DNA from: Bacteroidota bacterium
GTDB taxonomy: Bacteria > Bacteroidota > Bacteroidia > Bacteroidales > VadinHA17
Direction of reading: 5' to 3'
Assembly (NCBI GenBank): GCA_034659275.1
Contig: JAYEGY010000049.1
Coordinates: forward strand, 121-64,120
Length of the DNA stretch: 64,000 nt
The notes beneath the pieces were generated by a model. That model was not told where the DNA came from, made no database searches, and saw nothing but the letters and a program-made list of their open reading frames with translations. The first letter of the stretch is position 1. Every line of letters begins with the position of its first letter. This document shows positions 59,151-64,000 of this stretch, one piece after another. The translations under genes were made by a program, and so were the position numbers.

Positions 59151-60797
59151 ATGTCCAAAAAATCATTTCTTATCCTTCTATGTCTGATTGTTCTGTCTGG
59201 GCCAATTTTTTCGCAAGGTTACGGTGAACTGACCCGCCAGGACACCCTGCGCGGATCATTAACACCTGAGAGGGAATGGTGGGATCTTACCTTCTACCAT
59301 ATGAATATTAAAACCAACCCTGCCGACAGCACCATACACGGATATGTTTTGATAAGGTACGATGTGTTAAGTCCTTATGACCTGATGCAGATCGATCTCC
59401 AGCCACCCCTGAAAATAAAAAGTATCACCCAGGATGGTAAACAGCTGGAATTCGTTCGCGATGGTAACGCCTGGTTTGTCCGGATGGCCAAGGAACAGAG
59501 GGCAGGTGAATCCAATGAAGTTAAAGTATATTATGGGGGCAAACCCAAGGTAAGCCGCCGACCGCCCTGGGACGATGGACTGACATGGGATTATGACGAT
59601 AACGGTAATCCCTTTTATGCTACGACATGCCAGGGAGGTGGAGCCAGCATATGGTGGCCATGCAAAGACCATATGTATGACGAGCCTGACAGCATGCGGT
59701 TCAGCATAACAACTCCCGGTGACCTTATGGATGTATCAAATGGTAGGTACAAAGGAGTTACGGTAAATGAAGACGGCACAAAAACATGGCACTGGTATGT
59801 TTATAATCCCATCAATAATTACGGGATAAATATCAATGTGGGTGATTATGTTCACTTCGGCGAGGTATATGATGGCATACTCGGTGAGCTCGACTGCGAT
59901 TATTATGTACTGAGCTATAACCTTGAAAAGGCAAAAGAGCATTTCAAACAGGTGCCCATGATGCTCGAGGCCTTTGAATACTGGTTTGGTCCCTATCCCT
60001 TTTACGAAGATGGTTACAAGCTGGTTGAAGCCCCTTACCTGGGAATGGAACACCAGAGCTCAGTTACCTATGGCAATGGCTATATGAACGGATACCGTGG
60101 AAGGGATATTAGCGGTACCGGATGGGGTGAGAAATTTGATTTTATTATCATTCACGAATCGGGCCATGAATGGTTTGCCAATAATATCACCTATAAGGAC
60201 ATTGCCGACATGTGGATCCACGAAAGTTTCATTGCCTATTCCGAAGGCCTTTTTGTAGAGTACTGGTATGGTAAAGAGGCGGGCGCTGAATACCTCAGGG
60301 GCGTTAGGTCGAATATAAACAATGACCGTCCCATCATAGGTATCTATAATGTAAATCGTTCAGGCTCAGGTGATATGTACCAGAAAGGTGCAACAATGCT
60401 TCATATGATACGGCAGATCGTCAATGATGATGATAAATGGAGAGATATATTACGAGGACTTAATAAAACCTTCTGGCACCAGACCGTGAGCACTGACCAG
60501 ATAGAGGGGTACATGGAAGAGCATACCGACTTTGAGTTGAAACCCGTTTTCGACCAGTTTCTTCGTGACACAAGGATCCCGGTGCTGGAGTACCGGTTTA
60601 CGGATAATGGACTTAGGTACCGCTGGGGAAATACCGTGAGGGGTTTTAATATGCCAGTTAAGGTCTACCTCGACGGTAAAGAAACCTGGCTCGAGTTTTC
60701 AGACAGGGGCTGGTCGTTCCTTGAGGGTATTGAACCCTGTGAACTGCTTGTAGATAAAGATTTCTATGTTGCCGTACTTAATATAATGGGAGAATGA
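59151..60797 (+). CDS. M1 family aminopeptidase
   Basis: GMEH, HESGHEW, downstream HES, Y.KG; signal peptide. Confidence 0.92.
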   Translation: MSKKSFLILLCLIVLSGPIFSQGYGELTRQDTLRGSLTPEREWWDLTFYHMNIKTNPADSTIHGYVLIRYDVLSPYDLMQIDLQPPLKIKSITQDGKQLEFVRDGNAWFVRMAKEQRAGESNEVKVYYGGKPKVSRRPPWDDGLTWDYDDNGNPFYATTCQGGGASIWWPCKDHMYDEPDSMRFSITTPGDLMDVSNGRYKGVTVNEDGTKTWHWYVYNPINNYGININVGDYVHFGEVYDGILGELDCDYYVLSYNLEKAKEHFKQVPMMLEAFEYWFGPYPFYEDGYKLVEAPYLGMEHQSSVTYGNGYMNGYRGRDISGTGWGEKFDFIIIHESGHEWFANNITYKDIADMWIHESFIAYSEGLFVEYWYGKEAGAEYLRGVRSNINNDRPIIGIYNVNRSGSGDMYQKGATMLHMIRQIVNDDDKWRDILRGLNKTFWHQTVSTDQIEGYMEEHTDFELKPVFDQFLRDTRIPVLEYRFTDNGLRYRWGNTVRGFNMPVKVYLDGKETWLEFSDRGWSFLEGIEPCELLVDKDFYVAVLNIMGE

Positions 60798-62224
60798 TTA
60801 TGCGTAAATGGATAATTGTCATTGTCTTATTTGCGGCTGCCCTTCTTTCATGCTCCAGGAAAGAAACAAAGCCCAATTTCGTTTTTATTCTTGCCGATGA
60901 CCTCGGTTGGACAGACCTGGGATGTTACGGCAGCACCTTCCATGAAACACCCAATCTCGACAGGCTGGCATCAGGAGGTATGGTCTTTACAGATGCATAC
61001 ACAAGCAGTCCTGTTTGCTCCCCCACCAGGGCAAGTATAATGACGGGTAAACACCCAGCAAGAGTAAACATAACCGACTGGATACATGGCCTTGATCCTA
61101 AAAACAGGAAGCTGCTGGGCCCTGAGGATAAGCACCACCTTGCTCTTGAAGAAGAAACGATAGCCGAGACATTGAAAAAGAACGGCTATAAAACCTTCTT
61201 TGCCGGCAAGTGGCATCTGGGTGATACGGGATACTTCCCGGAAGACCAGGGATTCGATATTAACAAGGGAGGCCATCATATGGGTCAGCCCCCCGGAGGA
61301 TACTATTCACCCTTTAAAAATCCTAAACTGGAAGACGGACCCGAAGGGGAATACCTTACAAACAGGCTGACGGATGAGTCACTAAGCTTCCTGCAATCAC
61401 TTGAAGGAGAGCCCTTCTTCCTCTACCTTGCCTTTTATACCGTCCACACACCAATCCAGGCATGTGAAAAACATATTGATTACTTTGAGGAAAAGAAAGA
61501 AGAGCTGGGTGAAGAAGGTGAGCCGGTCCTTGTTGATGAACATGAAGCAAGTACCACCATAAACCAGGTTAATGCACCTTACGCCTCGATGGTATACAGC
61601 ATGGATGAGAACGTTGGCCGCATTATTGAATATCTAGAGGAAAGTGGTTTGTCAAAAAACACTTACATTATATTCACTTCTGATAACGGGGGGCTAACAA
61701 CAGTGGCCCGTAACAGGTTGGCCCCAACAGCAGTTACGCCTCTTAGGGCGGGCAAGGGCTGGTGCTATGAGGGAGGCATACGTGTACCCCTCATTATTAC
61801 AGGGCCGGGTATACGGAACAAGACAACTGATATTCCTGTTATCAGCACCGATTTTTATCCCACCATACTGGACATGGCGGGACTGCGGTCGATGCCCGGT
61901 CAGCACACCGACGGTAAAAGCCTTTTCCCACTTGTCACTGAAAACAAGGCACCCGAAAGAGAAGCTATTTACTGGCATTACCCCCACTATCATGGAAGCC
62001 AGTGGACTCCCGGTGCTGCCATCCGCAAAGGTGACTGGAAGCTTATTGAGTTTTACCATTACGACAAGACAGAGCTTTACGATCTCTCTGAAGATATTGG
62101 TGAGACAAAAGACCTTTCGGCAGAGTATCCCGAAAAAACAGCCGAGCTAAAAGCATTGTTAAGGAAGATGCAAAAAGAAACAGGAGCTCTTTTACCCGAG
62201 AAAAATCCTGATTTTGGAAAGTAA
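60794..62224 (+). CDS. S1 formylglycine-dependent sulfatase (Cys type), lipoprotein
   Basis: Lipobox LLSC; ADDLG, CSPTR, GKWHLG, SDNGG, GK...YEGG.RVP. Confidence 0.95.
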   Translation: MIMRKWIIVIVLFAAALLSCSRKETKPNFVFILADDLGWTDLGCYGSTFHETPNLDRLASGGMVFTDAYTSSPVCSPTRASIMTGKHPARVNITDWIHGLDPKNRKLLGPEDKHHLALEEETIAETLKKNGYKTFFAGKWHLGDTGYFPEDQGFDINKGGHHMGQPPGGYYSPFKNPKLEDGPEGEYLTNRLTDESLSFLQSLEGEPFFLYLAFYTVHTPIQACEKHIDYFEEKKEELGEEGEPVLVDEHEASTTINQVNAPYASMVYSMDENVGRIIEYLEESGLSKNTYIIFTSDNGGLTTVARNRLAPTAVTPLRAGKGWCYEGGIRVPLIITGPGIRNKTTDIPVISTDFYPTILDMAGLRSMPGQHTDGKSLFPLVTENKAPEREAIYWHYPHYHGSQWTPGAAIRKGDWKLIEFYHYDKTELYDLSEDIGETKDLSAEYPEKTAELKALLRKMQKETGALLPEKNPDFGK

Positions 62225-63018
62225 TGGTAGCTGATGTGTTTCTGAAGGAATATTTTAATACTATAGTAATTGCATGGATTGCCCTTGCAATATTGCTCTT
62301 CCCTCTCCTGTTAAAGGTAAGGGCACCTTACGGGAGGCATGCGAGTGTTAAATGGGGACCTTCGATCGATAACCGGGCTGGGTGGTTTATAATGGAGCTT
62401 CCTTCGTTAGTACTTATAACCGTTCTCTTCCTAACGGGTAATAAATGGGAGATAAACATACTCTGGGTGTTTTTTGGACTATGGTTTGTTCATTATTTCA
62501 ACAGGATATTCATTTTCCCTTTCAGGACCAGGACAAAGGGCAAGAAGATCCCCTTGCTGGTTGTAGCCCTGGCTCTTTTCTTCAACCTGGTAAACGGCTT
62601 CCTCAACGGTTACTGGCTGGGCTATTTAGCAGGGGGCAGGGGGCAGGGGGCAGGGAGATACAATGTTGACTGGTTCACAGATCCGAGGTTTATTATAGGG
62701 ATAGCACTATTTCTCACAGGCTTTCTAATCAACCAGCTTGCCGACAATCACCTTTTCCATTTACGCAACGGGAAAAAATCAGGATATTCAATCCCAGCCC
62801 ACCCCCTCTTCAAATATGTATCCTGCCCGAATTTCTCAGAGAAGATACTTGAATGGACGGGCTATGCAATTATGACTTGGAGTCTGCCGGGATTATCTTT
62901 TGCCATCTGGACGGCAGTCAATCTCATCCCCCGCGCCCTGCAACATCATGCCTGGTACAGGGAAACATTCCCTGATTACCCGGAAAGAAGAAAAGCCTTA
63001 ATACCATTTTTATTATAG
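62224..63018 (+). CDS. Steroid 5-alpha-reductase family protein
   Basis: APYGRH, MELPS, HYFNR, NGFLNG, D..L..LR, CPN, HH.WY, RKALIPF. Confidence 0.9.
   Translation: MVADVFLKEYFNTIVIAWIALAILLFPLLLKVRAPYGRHASVKWGPSIDNRAGWFIMELPSLVLITVLFLTGNKWEINILWVFFGLWFVHYFNRIFIFPFRTRTKGKKIPLLVVALALFFNLVNGFLNGYWLGYLAGGRGQGAGRYNVDWFTDPRFIIGIALFLTGFLINQLADNHLFHLRNGKKSGYSIPAHPLFKYVSCPNFSEKILEWTGYAIMTWSLPGLSFAIWTAVNLIPRALQHHAWYRETFPDYPERRKALIPFLL
62629..62656 (+). repeat. Four tandem GCAGGG(G/A) heptamers inside the reductase CDS
   Basis: gcagggg x3 plus gcaggga; encodes AGGRGQGAG. Confidence 0.85.
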
Positions 63019-63059
63019 GATAACTTATACAGGAAAAAACCAACAAAACAAAGACAGTA

Positions 63060-63824
63060 ATGAAAAAACAATGGTACGAAATACTGTTTGAGAATTACGG
63101 CAGGAAGTATGATAATGAAAGCTTCACGCGGGGAACGATCGGTGAATGTGATTTCATTGAGAAAGAGCTCAATTACGATAAAAGTCTCAGGATACTGGAT
63201 GTGGGTTGTGGAACGGGCAGGCATGCAATAGAGCTGGCCAAAAGAGGCTATGATGTTACTGGCATTGATCTGTCAGAGTCGCAGCTAAAGAGAGCAAGAG
63301 AGAAAGCGAAAAACGAAGATCTTGAAATTGATTTCATTCGACATGATGCAAGGGATTTGCCTTTTAAAGATGAATTTAATGTTGCCATTATGCTTTGCGA
63401 AGGAGGCTTCCCCCTTATGGAAACCGATGAGATGAATTATGAAATATTAAAAAGCGCTACAAAATCGCTTAGGGCTAAATGTAAGTTCATTTTCACAACC
63501 CTTAACGGCTTATTCCCTCTGTATCATTCTGTTGAAGAGTTTGGCGATTCCTCAGACACGGATGGCGGAGCCACATACAGGAGTAATACCTTTGACTTAA
63601 TGACTTTCCGCGACTACAATATAACAGAGTTTGAGGATGATAACGGTAATAAAAAAACCATTGAATCAAACGAGAGGTATTATGTACCTTCTGAAATAAG
63701 CTGGTTATTAAAATCGCTCGGATACAGTAAAATTGACATTTTTGGGACCAGGCTGGGTGCATTCTCACGAAACGATAAATTGACCACCGGGGACTTTGAA
63801 ATGCTGGTTATTGCTGAAATGTAG
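63060..63824 (+). CDS. Class I SAM-dependent methyltransferase
   Basis: ILDVGCGTGRH, GIDLS, DARDL. Confidence 0.9.
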   Translation: MKKQWYEILFENYGRKYDNESFTRGTIGECDFIEKELNYDKSLRILDVGCGTGRHAIELAKRGYDVTGIDLSESQLKRAREKAKNEDLEIDFIRHDARDLPFKDEFNVAIMLCEGGFPLMETDEMNYEILKSATKSLRAKCKFIFTTLNGLFPLYHSVEEFGDSSDTDGGATYRSNTFDLMTFRDYNITEFEDDNGNKKTIESNERYYVPSEISWLLKSLGYSKIDIFGTRLGAFSRNDKLTTGDFEMLVIAEM

Positions 63825-63838
63825 AGCCGCTTTTCTTT

Positions 63839-63998
63839 TGTCATCCTGAACATAGTGAAGGATCTAATTAGCTGGCAATCAACAATAAAATTACTTTCAG
63901 CGAGCTCATCCCGAATTCTCGTGGCTCGGTTCACTAGTGAGCTCGTCCCGTTTTGTAGTCCTCGGTTCAAAGGGAAATCCCTGCTCCCTGCTCCCTGC
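63839..63998. repeat. Composite REP-like/simple-repeat element, possibly continuing beyond the window
   Basis: tgtcatcctgaacatagtgaaggatcta, ctcggttc x2, gagctc motifs, (tccctgc)x3. Confidence 0.75.
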
Positions 63999-64000
63999 AA

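Noticed and set aside
63680-64000. 106-aa minus-strand ORF
   Set aside because: Runs through the repeat mosaic and is antisense to the methyltransferase

Overview
A 64-kb chromosomal window from a Bacteroidota genome, most likely Bacteroidales. The assignment rests on TAnnTTTG promoter boxes, TonB receptor plus DUF4249, Bacteroidota-type atp genes and SpoIIE sensors. It is mostly core and metabolic DNA: the yceD-rpmF-plsX-fabH-bactofilin-atpZI-atpBEFHAG-ispA cluster, a separately promoted atpDC, rlmN, rtcB, yidD, perR-like/peroxiredoxin, scattered glycan enzymes (GH20, GH127/146, sialate esterase, sulfatase), peptidases, a LiaF/LytS/LytTR locus and a TetR-controlled LolA-like/ABC/OMP operon. 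I found no transposase, integrase, CRISPR array, rRNA or tRNA. Main leads: (1) a 728-aa KamA-like radical SAM/PLP enzyme with the Lys/Asn signature of glutamate 2,3-aminomutase, preceded by an 84-nt rod-shaped RNA that folds better on the kamA strand (candidate cis-regulatory RNA, divergent from rtcB); (2) a cytoplasmic GH16 pseudoenzyme with ~71-aa helical repeats; (3) two tandem tiny 4-Cys lipoproteins next to a YfiR-coiled-coil-PP2C sensor; (4) several families of small palindromic or simple-repeat elements that nest into mosaics, one sitting in frame inside a steroid 5-alpha-reductase gene; (5) apparent microhomology-type deletions in two genes. Family calls come from motif recognition and recalled knowledge; no database searches were run.
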